A stretch of 64,000 nucleotides of DNA from an uncultured Gemmatimonadota bacterium (lineage in GTDB: Bacteria > ARS69): contig CAZNDO010000001.1 in the NCBI GenBank assembly GCA_964571855.1, forward strand, positions 863,629-927,628. Direction: 5' to 3'. Below the pieces are notes generated by a model. It worked only from the letters and a program-made list of their open reading frames with translations, had not been told where the DNA came from and made no database searches. Position numbers and translations under genes: made by a program. This document shows, one piece after another, positions 54,556-63,825 of the stretch; position 1 is the first letter of the stretch; every line of letters starts with the position of its first letter.

Positions 54556-54895
54556 GGTCGATCGCCTCCCGGCTCTGGAGCGGTCCGAAGTGCTCGAACG
54601 GCGGTCCTTCCGGATGCCCGTTGGGGTATCGGGCGGGGACGTAGAAGTTGTCGAGGACCTTCGCGCGGTCGATCAACCCGGGATCCACGGGAACCGGGAG
54701 CTCGCGCAGGAGGCGAGCCACGACGTGTCCCCATGCCTCCTGCCGCTTCGCGAGGTGGATGGCCTTCACGGCCTTCTCGGCGGCTTGGTGGGCCGCGAAG
54801 CACGCCCACTCGTGCCGGCCCTGTTCCTGGGAAGCCCGCGCCTGGTCCAGGTCGCGCTCGGCCTGGGCAAGCCAGTCCCGCGAACGGTCCGCCAC
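54512..54895 (-). CDS. HEPN domain protein
   Basis: GGAGG RBS; WLAQAERDL..A, WACFAAHQAAEKAVKA, WGHVV and YVPARYPNGH. Confidence 0.88.
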   Translation of the reverse strand: MADRSRDWLAQAERDLDQARASQEQGRHEWACFAAHQAAEKAVKAIHLAKRQEAWGHVVARLLRELPVPVDPGLIDRAKVLDNFYVPARYPNGHPEGPPFEHFGPLQSREAIDHAGAILEFARSQMA

Positions 54896-55018
54896 GACGC
54901 CACCTCCTCGATTCCCGGGAGGATAGGGCAAGGAAGGTACGCCTGTCCCGGGCCGGACGCACGAGGGGGACGGACCTGGCCGGCCCGTCCCCCCCGCTCC
55001 CCCCGCCGGCGACCGGCG

Positions 55019-57307
55019 CTACACCAACGCCGGCTTCGCCGCCGCCCGCTCCGGCACCCGTCCCGCCGCGGGCGCCAGGCTCCGCCCGGTCACCAGGCCC
55101 AGCATGAACCACGCGAGCGACGCCACCCCGGTGAGGAAGATCGTGTCGCCGATCACGCGGAGCCACCGCAGGGTCTGCAGCGCCGGCTGCTGCAGGAAGT
55201 CCGCGCTGCGCGCGTACCAGAGCCCGTGCTCCACGCTGGCCCACGCCTGCGCGAGGCCGATGGGCAGGAGGCTCAGCAGCACCATCAGCGCCAGCCCGAC
55301 GTTCATGGCCCAGAACGCGTACGCCAGGTGCGCCTCCTTCCACGCCCGCGACGTCATGAGCCGCGCCACCGTGAGCACCAGCCCCAGCGCCAGCAACCCG
55401 TACACGCCGAACAGCGCGGTGTGCGCATGCACCGGCGTGGTGTTGAGGCCCTGCATGTAGTACAGCGCCAGCGGCGGGTTGATGAGGAAGCCGAAGAGCC
55501 CGGCGCCCACGAGATTCCAGAACGCCACGCCCACGAAGAACCGGATCGGCCAACGGTAGCGCTGCATCCACGGCGCGGCGTGCTGCATGCGGTACGTCTG
55601 GAACGCCTCCAGCCCGATCAGCACGAGCGGCACGACCTCCAGCGCGCTGAACGTGGCGCCGATGGCCATGATCGCGGTGGGCGTGCCGCTGAAGTACAGG
55701 TGGTGGAAGGTGCCCGGGATGCCGCCCAGGAGGAACAGCGCGCTGGACGCGATCACCGCGCCGCCCGCGTGCGCCGGCTTCACCAGCCCGAGGCGCGCGA
55801 AGATGAACGCCAGCGCGGCGGTGGCGAACACCTCGAAGAAGCCCTCCACCCAGAGGTGCACCACCCACCAGCGCCAGTACTCCATGACCGAGAGGTGCGT
55901 GCGCGCGCTGAAGAAGAACCCGGCACCGTACATCAGCCCGATGGCGGCGGACGCGCCGGTGAACATGAGCGTGAGGGACCGGTGGTCGTCCCGGCGGCCG
56001 AGCGCCGGCCACAGCCCGCGCAGCATCAGGCCCAGCCACAGCACGAGGCCCACGAACAGCGCCACCTGCCACGCGCGGCCGAGGTCCACGTACTCGTACC
56101 CCTGGTGCCCGAACCAGAATCCCGCGTTCAGCCCCAGCTTCTGGTGGATGGAGAGGAACTCGCCGGCGAGCGAGCCTCCGACCACCACGAGCAGCGCGCC
56201 GAACAGGAGGTTCACGCCGGCGCGCTGGAAGCGCGGCTCGCGCCCGCCGATGGCCGGCGCGAGAAACAGCCCGGCCGCGAGGAACGCCGTGGCGATCCAG
56301 AACACGCCGGTCTGCACGTGCCAGGTGCGCGTGAGCGAGTACGGCAGCCAGTCCCCGATCGGCAGCCCGAAGAAGGACTGCCCCTCCACCGTGTAGTGCG
56401 CGGTGAGCGCGCCGAGCAGTACCTGCAGGGCGAACACGGCGATCGTGACGCCGAGGTACTTGCCCACCGCGCGCATGGACGGCGTGATGCGGATGCCGGC
56501 CAGCGGATCGGCGTCCGGCGGCGGCGCCGCCTCGTCGTCGCCGCTGCGGAACGCCTGCCACCACACGAGCGCGCCCACGCCGCCCAGCAGCAGCACGACG
56601 CTCACGAACGTCCACAGCACGTTCGCGCCGGTGGGCGTGTTGCCGATGAGCGCCTCGTGCGGCCAGTTGTTCGTGTAGGTGGCGTGGCTGCCGGGGCGCT
56701 CCGTGGCGCACGCCCAGCTCGTCCAGAAGAAGAAGTCCGTCAGGGGACCCAGCCGCGCGGGGTCGGCCACGGTGACCGACGCCATGGCGTAGTCCTCGCG
56801 CAGCGCGTCGAGCCGCACGTCCCCGCCGAAGAGCGCCTCGTAGTGCGCGGCCACGCGCGCGATCGCCTCGGCCCGCGCCGGGCTCACCGTGATCGCGCCG
56901 GTGGCCGGATCGAACGTGTTCGTCCGCATCTCGGCCTTCACCGCGTCGCGCAGCGCGGCCTGCGCGGCGGGATCGAGATCGGCGAACGGCATGCCGCGCT
57001 CGAGCTCCGCGCGCACGTCCAGGAGCGCCGTGATCTCGCGGTGCAGCCAGTCCGCCGACCAGTCCGGCGCCTGGTACGCGCCGTGGCCCCAGATCGAGCC
57101 GAGCTGCTGTCCCCCGGTGCTCTGCCACACCTGCTGCCCGTCCAGGATGGACTCCTTCGTCATCAGCACGCGCCCCTCGGTGGTCCGCACCTGGGCGGGG
57201 ATGGGCGGCGCCTGCCGGTAGACCTCGCGGCCGAAGAAGCCCAGCAACGTGAACGCGACCAGGAGCGTCGCGCCGAGCAGGATCCAGTTCCTGCGATGGC
57301 TCGTCAT
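55019..57307 (-). CDS. norB: Quinol-dependent nitric oxide reductase (qNOR, NorZ-type NorB)
   Basis: GSIWGHGAYQAPDWSADWLH, YTNNWP, RTWHVQ, WWVVHLWVEGFFEVF, GTFHHLYF, LEVVPL, PVHAHTALFGVYG and WLRVIGDT. Confidence 0.95.
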   Translation of the reverse strand: MTSHRRNWILLGATLLVAFTLLGFFGREVYRQAPPIPAQVRTTEGRVLMTKESILDGQQVWQSTGGQQLGSIWGHGAYQAPDWSADWLHREITALLDVRAELERGMPFADLDPAAQAALRDAVKAEMRTNTFDPATGAITVSPARAEAIARVAAHYEALFGGDVRLDALREDYAMASVTVADPARLGPLTDFFFWTSWACATERPGSHATYTNNWPHEALIGNTPTGANVLWTFVSVVLLLGGVGALVWWQAFRSGDDEAAPPPDADPLAGIRITPSMRAVGKYLGVTIAVFALQVLLGALTAHYTVEGQSFFGLPIGDWLPYSLTRTWHVQTGVFWIATAFLAAGLFLAPAIGGREPRFQRAGVNLLFGALLVVVGGSLAGEFLSIHQKLGLNAGFWFGHQGYEYVDLGRAWQVALFVGLVLWLGLMLRGLWPALGRRDDHRSLTLMFTGASAAIGLMYGAGFFFSARTHLSVMEYWRWWVVHLWVEGFFEVFATAALAFIFARLGLVKPAHAGGAVIASSALFLLGGIPGTFHHLYFSGTPTAIMAIGATFSALEVVPLVLIGLEAFQTYRMQHAAPWMQRYRWPIRFFVGVAFWNLVGAGLFGFLINPPLALYYMQGLNTTPVHAHTALFGVYGLLALGLVLTVARLMTSRAWKEAHLAYAFWAMNVGLALMVLLSLLPIGLAQAWASVEHGLWYARSADFLQQPALQTLRWLRVIGDTIFLTGVASLAWFMLGLVTGRSLAPAAGRVPERAAAKPALV

Positions 57308-57320
57308 TTCGTTCCTCCGA

Positions 57321-57995
57321 TCACTCGCACAGCGCGCGCGGGAACAGGACGTTGTTCTCGAGGTGGATGTGGTCCATCAGCTCGCCCTCGAGCGCGGCGA
57401 GCCGCAGGTACAGGGCGCGCCACGTGGTGCACGCCTCGGCGGGCGGCGCGAGATCCCCGGTCAGCTCGCGCACGCGCGCGAGGTTCCGGCCGTGGTCCTT
57501 GTGCTCGTGCTCCATCACCTGCACGGGGGCGCCCGCCTGCCGGCCCTGCCCGGCCAGGATCATGGGGAAGAGCACGTGCTCCTCCTTGAGCAGGTGGTCG
57601 AGGACCTCGGCATGCATCATCGCGAGGTGGTCGTGCAGCCCCTTCGGCACGCTCGGCTTCTCCGCGTGCACGCGCTCCACCTTGCGGGCCAGCTCCATCA
57701 GCTCCGGCAGCTCGCGGCGGAGCGGCTCGTGGTACCGCACGAGGATGTGCTCCACGAGTTCGTTCAGCGGGCGGGCGGACCAGTCCACGTCCGGCGACGC
57801 GCCCGCCGGTTCGCTCCCGATCTCGCGGAGCAGGGCGTCGGCGTCCAGGCCGCGCGCCCGGCACGCCTCGGCCAGGGAGCGGTTGCCGCTGCAGCAGTAG
57901 TCCAGCCCCACGCGCCGGAAGACGCGCGAGGCCGCGGGGATCCCGGTGGCCAGTTCGGCGAGCGTGGTCTCGGTGCCGTTTCGCGGGTTCGACAT
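57321..57995 (-). CDS. ytfE: Iron-sulfur cluster repair di-iron protein (RIC/YtfE/ScdA)
   Basis: GLDYCCSGNRSL, HILVRYHEPLR, HLLKEEHVLFP, MEHEH, ACTTWR.LY and HIHLENNVLFP. Confidence 0.93.
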   Translation of the reverse strand: MSNPRNGTETTLAELATGIPAASRVFRRVGLDYCCSGNRSLAEACRARGLDADALLREIGSEPAGASPDVDWSARPLNELVEHILVRYHEPLRRELPELMELARKVERVHAEKPSVPKGLHDHLAMMHAEVLDHLLKEEHVLFPMILAGQGRQAGAPVQVMEHEHKDHGRNLARVRELTGDLAPPAEACTTWRALYLRLAALEGELMDHIHLENNVLFPRALCE

Positions 57996-58027
57996 GGGAG
58001 AACCCTCCTTTCCTCGCACGCCCTCGT

Positions 58028-58043
58028 TGCAGCGGACGTGCCA
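58028..58043 (-). promoter_or_regulatory. Sigma54 -24/-12 promoter of ytfE-norB
   Basis: Minus strand TGGCACG-tccg-CTGCA, one mismatch from TGGCACGN4TTGC, about 33 nt upstream of the ytfE ATG and divergent from a sigma54 activator. Confidence 0.75.
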
Positions 58044-58127
58044 CCTCGGAAGACGAGGACTGGCAACGACTTGAAGAGCGCGTTATACTTGCGACAACGT
58101 CGGGCCGTTGTGAAAGGAGCAACGCAG

Positions 58128-59681
58128 TTGTCGGAAGCGCAACGCGAGCACCGCTTCGAGGTCGTGCTGGAGATCGCGCGGGACCTGACCGCATCCCTGG
58201 CGGCGGCCGATCGCTACGACCGCCTGTTGCGGGCGGTCCGCCGGATCATCCCCTGCGACGCGGCGGCGCTCATGCGCCTGGACGGGGACGAGCTCGTGCC
58301 GGTCGCCGCGTACGGGTTGAGCGAGGAGGCGAAGGTCCGCCGGTACCGTCGCAAGCAGCACCCGCGGCTGGACATCATCCTGTCCGCGCCGGGACCGGTC
58401 CGCTTCCCGCCCGACTCGCCGCTGCCCGACCCGTTCGACGGTCTCCTGGAGTCCGACCCGCACGCCACCGAGCACATCCACGCGTGCCTGGGCTGTCCGC
58501 TCGTGGAGCGCGGCGAGGTCGTGGGGGCGCTGACCGCGGACGCGGTGGCGCCGCACGCGTTCGACGACCTGGAGCCGCACTGGCTCGAGGCGCTCGGCGC
58601 GCTCGCGGGCGCCGCGCTGCACACGACCGCCCTGATCGAGTCCATCGAGCGCCTGGCCGAGCGCAAAGGCGCCGTGGCGCGCGAGCTCCAGCGCGGCACC
58701 GCGGAGGTGCAGGTGGTCGGCCGCAGTCCCGCGGCGCTGCGGCTGCTGCAGGACATCGAGATGGTCGCGGCCAGCGACCTGCCCGTGCTCATCGTGGGGG
58801 AGACCGGCACCGGCAAGGAGGTCGTGGCGCACCAGCTGCACCAGCGCTCCCGGCGGCGCGACGAGGCCATGATCCACGTGAACTGCGCGGCGCTCCCGGA
58901 GTCCATCGCGGAGAGCGAGCTCTTCGGCCACGTGCAGGGAGCGTTCACCGGCGCCACGCGGGACCGCGCCGGCAAGTTCGAGATCGCGCACGGCGCCACG
59001 CTGTTCCTGGACGAGATCGGCGAGCTGCCGATCACGCTGCAACCGAAGCTGCTCCGCGCGCTGCAGCAGGGGGAGATCCAGCGCATCGGCGACGATCGGG
59101 TGCACCGCGTGGACGCGCGCGTGATCGCGGCCACGAACCGCGACCTCGAGCGCGAGGTGGAGGCCGGACGCTTCCGCGCGGACCTGTACCACCGCCTCGC
59201 CGTCTATCCGCTGCGGGTGCCGCCGCTGCGCGAGCGCACGGAGGACATTCCGCTGCTCGCCGCGCACTGCCTGGACCAGGCGCGGCGGCGCCTCGGGCTC
59301 GGCCCGCTGCGGCTCTCCCCCGGCGCGCGGGAAGCGCTGATGGCGGCGGATTGGCCGGGGAACGTGCGCGAGCTGGAGAACGTGCTGAATCGCGCCGCGC
59401 TGCGGGCCCGCGCGGCGGTGAAGGATCGGGAGACCGTGGTGCTCGAGCCGGAGCACCTGGACCTGCCGGGGCCGGGCGCGTCGGCCGAGGCGCCGCGATC
59501 CCGCCCCGGCGCGGCCGCGGTCGCCGGTCCCCTGCGCGCCCGCGTGAAGGAGTTCCAGCGCCGCAGCATCGAGGAGGCGATGGCGCGCCACGACGGGAGC
59601 TGGGCGGCGGCGGCACGCGAGCTGGGCATGCACCGGAGCAACCTGCACCACCTGGCGCGGCGGCTGGGCCTGCTGGGTTGA
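58128..59681 (+). CDS. norR: NorR-type sigma54-dependent NO-responsive activator
   Basis: AAGGAG RBS and TTG start; GAF domain with PDPFDGL and CLGCPL; GETGTGKE, ESELFGHVQGAFTGA, LFLDEIGEL, WPGNVRELEN; C-terminal HTH. Confidence 0.9.
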   Translation: MSEAQREHRFEVVLEIARDLTASLAAADRYDRLLRAVRRIIPCDAAALMRLDGDELVPVAAYGLSEEAKVRRYRRKQHPRLDIILSAPGPVRFPPDSPLPDPFDGLLESDPHATEHIHACLGCPLVERGEVVGALTADAVAPHAFDDLEPHWLEALGALAGAALHTTALIESIERLAERKGAVARELQRGTAEVQVVGRSPAALRLLQDIEMVAASDLPVLIVGETGTGKEVVAHQLHQRSRRRDEAMIHVNCAALPESIAESELFGHVQGAFTGATRDRAGKFEIAHGATLFLDEIGELPITLQPKLLRALQQGEIQRIGDDRVHRVDARVIAATNRDLEREVEAGRFRADLYHRLAVYPLRVPPLRERTEDIPLLAAHCLDQARRRLGLGPLRLSPGAREALMAADWPGNVRELENVLNRAALRARAAVKDRETVVLEPEHLDLPGPGASAEAPRSRPGAAAVAGPLRARVKEFQRRSIEEAMARHDGSWAAAARELGMHRSNLHHLARRLGLLG

Positions 59682-59779
59682 CGCCCCGGCCGGGCGCCTG
59701 GAACCGTCGCGGCCGGTCCGGTATCCTCCTCGCGCCCCTTCGAACCATTCCGGATTCCTCCAGGCACGGGGAGGCCGTC

Positions 59780-60097
59780 ATGGCCCACACGTTCGAGGAG
59801 CTGAAGAAGAAGACCGTCGCCGAGCTGCGCGAGATCGCCAAGGGCATCGAGCACGACGCCGTGAAGGGGTTCTCGCAACTCAACAAGGAGCACCTGCTCA
59901 CCGCCCTGTGCGAGGCGCTCGGCATCGAGGCGCACGCGCACACGGTGCACAAGGGCAAGGAGAAGCTCCGCCTCAAGGGGCACATCCGCACGTGGAAGAA
60001 GCGCCGCGAGGAGGCGCTGGCCGGGAAGGATCCCGCGAAGCTGCGGCACGCGCGCCGCACGATCCACCGGCTGAAGCGGGCGATCGCGAAGATCTGA
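59780..60097 (+). CDS. Small basic protein with Rho-termination-factor N-terminal-like helical domain
   Basis: Hand translation: MAHTFEELKKKTVAELREIAKGIEHDAVKGFSQLNKEHLL...RLKRAIAKI; GGAGG RBS; not called in the ORF track. Confidence 0.75.
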   Translation: MAHTFEELKKKTVAELREIAKGIEHDAVKGFSQLNKEHLLTALCEALGIEAHAHTVHKGKEKLRLKGHIRTWKKRREEALAGKDPAKLRHARRTIHRLKRAIAKI

Positions 60098-60172
60098 GCC
60101 GCGGAGCCGGACGACGGCGGGCCCCGGAGCGATCGCCCCGGGGCCCGCGCCTTCCCGGCGGACCGGCTCGCG

Positions 60173-63100
60173 CTACTTCAGCACGACGACCCGCTGCACT
60201 TCGGTAGTGCGCGCCGTGACCAGCCGGGCGAAGTACGTGCCCGACGCCACCCGGCTCCCGTTCGCATCCTCGAGATCCCAGCGGACCTCGTGCCGCCCGG
60301 CCGGCATCACGCGGTCGAGCAGCGTGCGGACCCGGCGGCCCGTGACGTCGAAGACCTCCAGCGTCGCCGCGCCCGCGTGTTCCGCCGGCAGGTCGAAGCG
60401 GAGGGCGGACGCGTTGCGCGCGGGATTCGGGAACGGCCGGGCGAAGGCGAACCGCACAGGCGCGGCCTCGGGCTCCTCCGCCGCCGTCACGGTCGTGACG
60501 TGCTGGAACGTCAGCGTGTAGGACCCCGTCTGGTCCAGGCCGGCGTCCTCCAGCTGGATGGTGTAGGTGCCCGGGGTCGTGATCGCGTAGTTCACGTTGT
60601 CGGCCGATGTGGCGATCACCGCATTGCCGCCGCCCGGCGGGTAGATGCGCACCATCGTGTCCATCGCGCCGGCGGTCACCACCGCGGTGATCTTCGCCGT
60701 GTCGCCCGCCGCGGCGCTGAAGGTCCAGCCGTCGAGATCCGGGAGCGGCGTGATCTGCGCGAGCTTCACGTCGCCGCCGAGGATCGGGCCCCCGTCGGCG
60801 TCCGTGCCCGAGGTGTAGGGCCCGGCGGAGACGTTCATGAGGGATGCGGTGTAGTTCCCCGCGTTGGTCATGAAGAAGTCCTGGACGACGACGGTGTAGG
60901 TGCCGGAGGCGGCGAGCTGGGCGTCGAGCCGGTCGCCGCTGAAGGTGCTGGTCTGCGCGGGTCCGCCGCCCGGGGGGTAGAGGTAGATCTCGGTGTTGAA
61001 GGAGGCGCCACTCGTGGCCAGCGCCGCGAAGACGACGCGCTGTCCGGCAGACCCGGTGAAGGTGAAGGCGTCGAAGTCCCCGGGCTGGTGCATCTGCCCG
61101 GTCTTGATCTCGGCGGAGGCGATGGCGCCGCCGTCCGTGTCCGCGCCGCTGGTGAGCGGCCCCGCGGTGACGTTCAGGAGCGAGAGGTTGTAGGAGCCGG
61201 TGTGGTCGAAGCCGGCGTCCTGGACGAGGACGACCCAGGTTCCGGTGGCGTTGAGCTGGAGGTCGGCGCGGTCCCCGCTGGTGGCCACGATGGCAGCGCC
61301 GCCGCCGGGTGGGTAGAGGTAGATCTGGGTGTCGGCAGAGCCGGCGGGGGTGAGGACGGTGCTGAAGAGGACGCGGTCCCCGTTCGTGGCGGAGAAGGAC
61401 CACGCGTCCATGTCGGTGAGGGATCCGAAGGTGGCGCTCTTCACTTCCGCGGAGGCGATGGAGCCGCCGTTCGTGTCGGAGCCGGTGGTGTAGGGCCCGG
61501 CGGAGACGTTCATGAGGGATGCGGTGTAGTTCCCCGCGTTGGTCATGAAGAAGTCCTGGACGACGACGGTGTAGGTGCCGGAGGCGGCGAGCTGGGCGTC
61601 GAGCCGGTCGCCGCTGAAGGTGCTGGTCTGCGCGGGTCCGCCGCCCGGGGGGTAGAGGTAGATCTCGGTGTTGAAGGAGGCGCCACTCGTGGCCAGCGCC
61701 GCGAAGACGACGCGCTGTCCGGCAGACCCGGTGAAGGTGAAGGCGTCGAAGTCCCCGGGCTGGTGCATCTGCCCGGTCTTGATCTCGGCGGAGGCGATGG
61801 CGCCGCCGTCCGTGTCCGCGCCGCTGGTGAGCGGCCCCGCGGTGACGTTCAGGAGCGAGAGGTTGTAGGAGCCGGTGTGGTCGAAGCCGGCGTCCTGGAC
61901 GAGGACGACCCAGGTTCCGGTGGCGTTGAGCTGGAGGTCGGCGCGGTCCCCGCTGGTGGCCACGATGGCAGCGCCGCCGCCGGGTGGGTAGAGGTAGATC
62001 TGGGTGTCGGCAGAGCCGGCGGGGGTGAGGACGGTGCTGAAGAGGACGCGGTCCCCGTTCGTGGCGGAGAAGGACCACGCGTCCATGTCGGTGAGGGATC
62101 CGAAGGTGGCGCTCTTCACTTCCGCGGAGGCGATGGAGCCGCCGTTCGTGTCGGAGCCGGTGGTGTAGGGCCCGGCGGAGACGTTCATGAGGGATGCGGT
62201 GTAGTTCCCCGCGTTGGTCATGAAGAAGTCCTGGACGACGACGGTGTAGGTGCCGGAGGCGGCGAGCTGGGCGTCGAGCCGGTCGCCGCTGAAGGTGCTG
62301 GTCTGCGCGGGTCCGCCGCCCGGGGGGTAGAGGTAGATCTCGGTGTTGAAGGAGGCGCCACTCGTGGCCAGCGCCGCGAAGACGACGCGCTGTCCGGCAG
62401 ACCCGGTGAAGGTGAAGGCGTCGAAGTCCCCGGGCTGGTGCATCTGCCCGGTCTTGATCTCGGCGGAGGCGATGGCGCCGCCGTCCGTGTCCGCGCCGCT
62501 GGTGAGCGGCCCCGCGGTGACGTTCAGGAGCGAGAGGTTGTAGGAGCCGGTGTGGTCGAAGCCGGCGTCCTGGACGAGGACGACCCAGGTTCCGGTGGCG
62601 TTGAGCTGGAGGTCGGCGCGGTCCCCGCTGGTGGCCACGATGGCAGCGCCGCCGCCGGGTGGGTAGAGGTAGATCTGGGTGTCGGCAGAGCCGGCGGGGG
62701 TGAGGACGGTGCTGAAGAGGACGCGGTCCCCGTTCGTGGCGGAGAAGGACCACGCGTCCATGTCGGTGAGGGATCCGAAGGTGGCGCTCTTCACTTCCGC
62801 GGAGGCGATGGAGCCGCCGTTCGTGTCGGAGCCGGTGGTGTAGGGCCCGGCGGAGACGTTCATGAGGGATGCGGTGTAGTTCCCCGCGTTGGTCATGAAG
62901 AAGTCCTGGACGACGACGGTGTAGGTGCCGGAGGCGGCGAGCTGGGCGTCGAGCCGGTCGCCGCTGAAGGTGCTGGTCTGCGCGGGTCCGCCGCCCGGGG
63001 GGTAGAGGTAGATCTCGGTGTTGAAGGAGGCGCCACTCGTGGCCAGCGCCGCGAAGACGACGCGCTGTCCGGCAGATCCGGTGAACGTGAAGGCGTCGAA

Positions 63101-63556
63101 GTCCCCGGGCTGCTGCATCTGCCCGGTCTTGATCTCGGCGGAGGCGATGGCGCCGCCGTCGGTGTCCGATCCGCTCGTCAGCGGCCCCGCGGTGACGTTC
63201 AGGAGCGAGAGGTTGTAGCCGCCGGCGTCGTTCAGTCCGGAGTCCTCGACGAAGATGGTGTAGGTGCCGGTGGAGAGGAGCTGGTAGTCCACCCGGTCGG
63301 CCGTGGTGTTCAGCACCTCCGTGAGCGCCGGGTTGCGGAGCCGGATCCGCGTGTCCACGGCGCCGCTCGTGGTGACGGCGGCGATCAGGACGCGGTCTCC
63401 CGCGGTGCCCGTGAAGGTCCAGGACTCCTGGTACGTGGGGCTCGCGAGTGCTCCGCCAAGCACCTGGCCGGACGTGATCGGTCCCGCGGCGAGCGCGGCA
63501 GCGGGTGCGAGGATGAGGAGCGACAGCAGCGACGCCAGCGAAGCGGATCGGTTCAT
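60173..63556 (-). CDS. Secreted protein made of about nine PPC-like beta-sandwich repeats plus C-terminal sorting-like domain
   Basis: Signal peptide; repeated D.[FW]TF.G.AG.RV...D..I.LY.P.G...L...GTY.V.V.D...G.Y; PFPNP...FDVTGRRVRTL...WDLED tail. Confidence 0.85.
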   Translation of the reverse strand: MNRSASLASLLSLLILAPAAALAAGPITSGQVLGGALASPTYQESWTFTGTAGDRVLIAAVTTSGAVDTRIRLRNPALTEVLNTTADRVDYQLLSTGTYTIFVEDSGLNDAGGYNLSLLNVTAGPLTSGSDTDGGAIASAEIKTGQMQQPGDFDAFTFTGSAGQRVVFAALATSGASFNTEIYLYPPGGGPAQTSTFSGDRLDAQLAASGTYTVVVQDFFMTNAGNYTASLMNVSAGPYTTGSDTNGGSIASAEVKSATFGSLTDMDAWSFSATNGDRVLFSTVLTPAGSADTQIYLYPPGGGAAIVATSGDRADLQLNATGTWVVLVQDAGFDHTGSYNLSLLNVTAGPLTSGADTDGGAIASAEIKTGQMHQPGDFDAFTFTGSAGQRVVFAALATSGASFNTEIYLYPPGGGPAQTSTFSGDRLDAQLAASGTYTVVVQDFFMTNAGNYTASLMNVSAGPYTTGSDTNGGSIASAEVKSATFGSLTDMDAWSFSATNGDRVLFSTVLTPAGSADTQIYLYPPGGGAAIVATSGDRADLQLNATGTWVVLVQDAGFDHTGSYNLSLLNVTAGPLTSGADTDGGAIASAEIKTGQMHQPGDFDAFTFTGSAGQRVVFAALATSGASFNTEIYLYPPGGGPAQTSTFSGDRLDAQLAASGTYTVVVQDFFMTNAGNYTASLMNVSAGPYTTGSDTNGGSIASAEVKSATFGSLTDMDAWSFSATNGDRVLFSTVLTPAGSADTQIYLYPPGGGAAIVATSGDRADLQLNATGTWVVLVQDAGFDHTGSYNLSLLNVTAGPLTSGADTDGGAIASAEIKTGQMHQPGDFDAFTFTGSAGQRVVFAALATSGASFNTEIYLYPPGGGPAQTSTFSGDRLDAQLAASGTYTVVVQDFFMTNAGNYTASLMNVSAGPYTSGTDADGGPILGGDVKLAQITPLPDLDGWTFSAAAGDTAKITAVVTAGAMDTMVRIYPPGGGNAVIATSADNVNYAITTPGTYTIQLEDAGLDQTGSYTLTFQHVTTVTAAEEPEAAPVRFAFARPFPNPARNASALRFDLPAEHAGAATLEVFDVTGRRVRTLLDRVMPAGRHEVRWDLEDANGSRVASGTYFARLVTARTTEVQRVVVLK
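60812..63076. repeat. Intragenic tandem repeat, 675-bp unit, about 3.4 copies, apparently identical
   Basis: Shadow ORFs recur at 60993, 61668, 62343 and 63018 (spacing 675). Translations are identical; the first DNA mismatches found are at 60811 and 63077. Confidence 0.9.
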
Positions 63557-63825
63557 GGGGGCGAACTCCCTCGGAAGTCATGGCGGTGGCACCATCGATC
63601 GACGGCGCCAAAGGCAAGCCGCATGCCAGTGGCGGGCAGCCGGCCACCCATCGCGCAACACCTTGGGAAACAAGGGTTTGGCCCCGGAGCCGGGTCCCTC
63701 GAGCACCCGCCCTCTCGCCGGGGTGTCACGAACCAATACACACCGATCTGTCCCGCCCCGGGACATGTCCGTCGGGCCCGCGCATGGATTACGCTGGAGG
63801 CACCGCTCCGCCTCGAGGCCCCCGC

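Noticed and set aside
55019-57307. Possible NO dismutase (Nod) rather than qNOR
   Set aside because: The canonical qNOR ligands and glutamates appear intact (HLWVEG, HHLYF, LEVVP, RTWH, HAH).
59678-59727. TTGACG and TATCCT as a promoter for the 59780 gene
   Set aside because: The two hexamers are about 38 nt apart, far from the 16-18 nt spacing required.
60812-63076. Repeats as a CRISPR array or mobile-element repeats
   Set aside because: The unit is 675 bp, in-frame and protein-coding, with no spacers.
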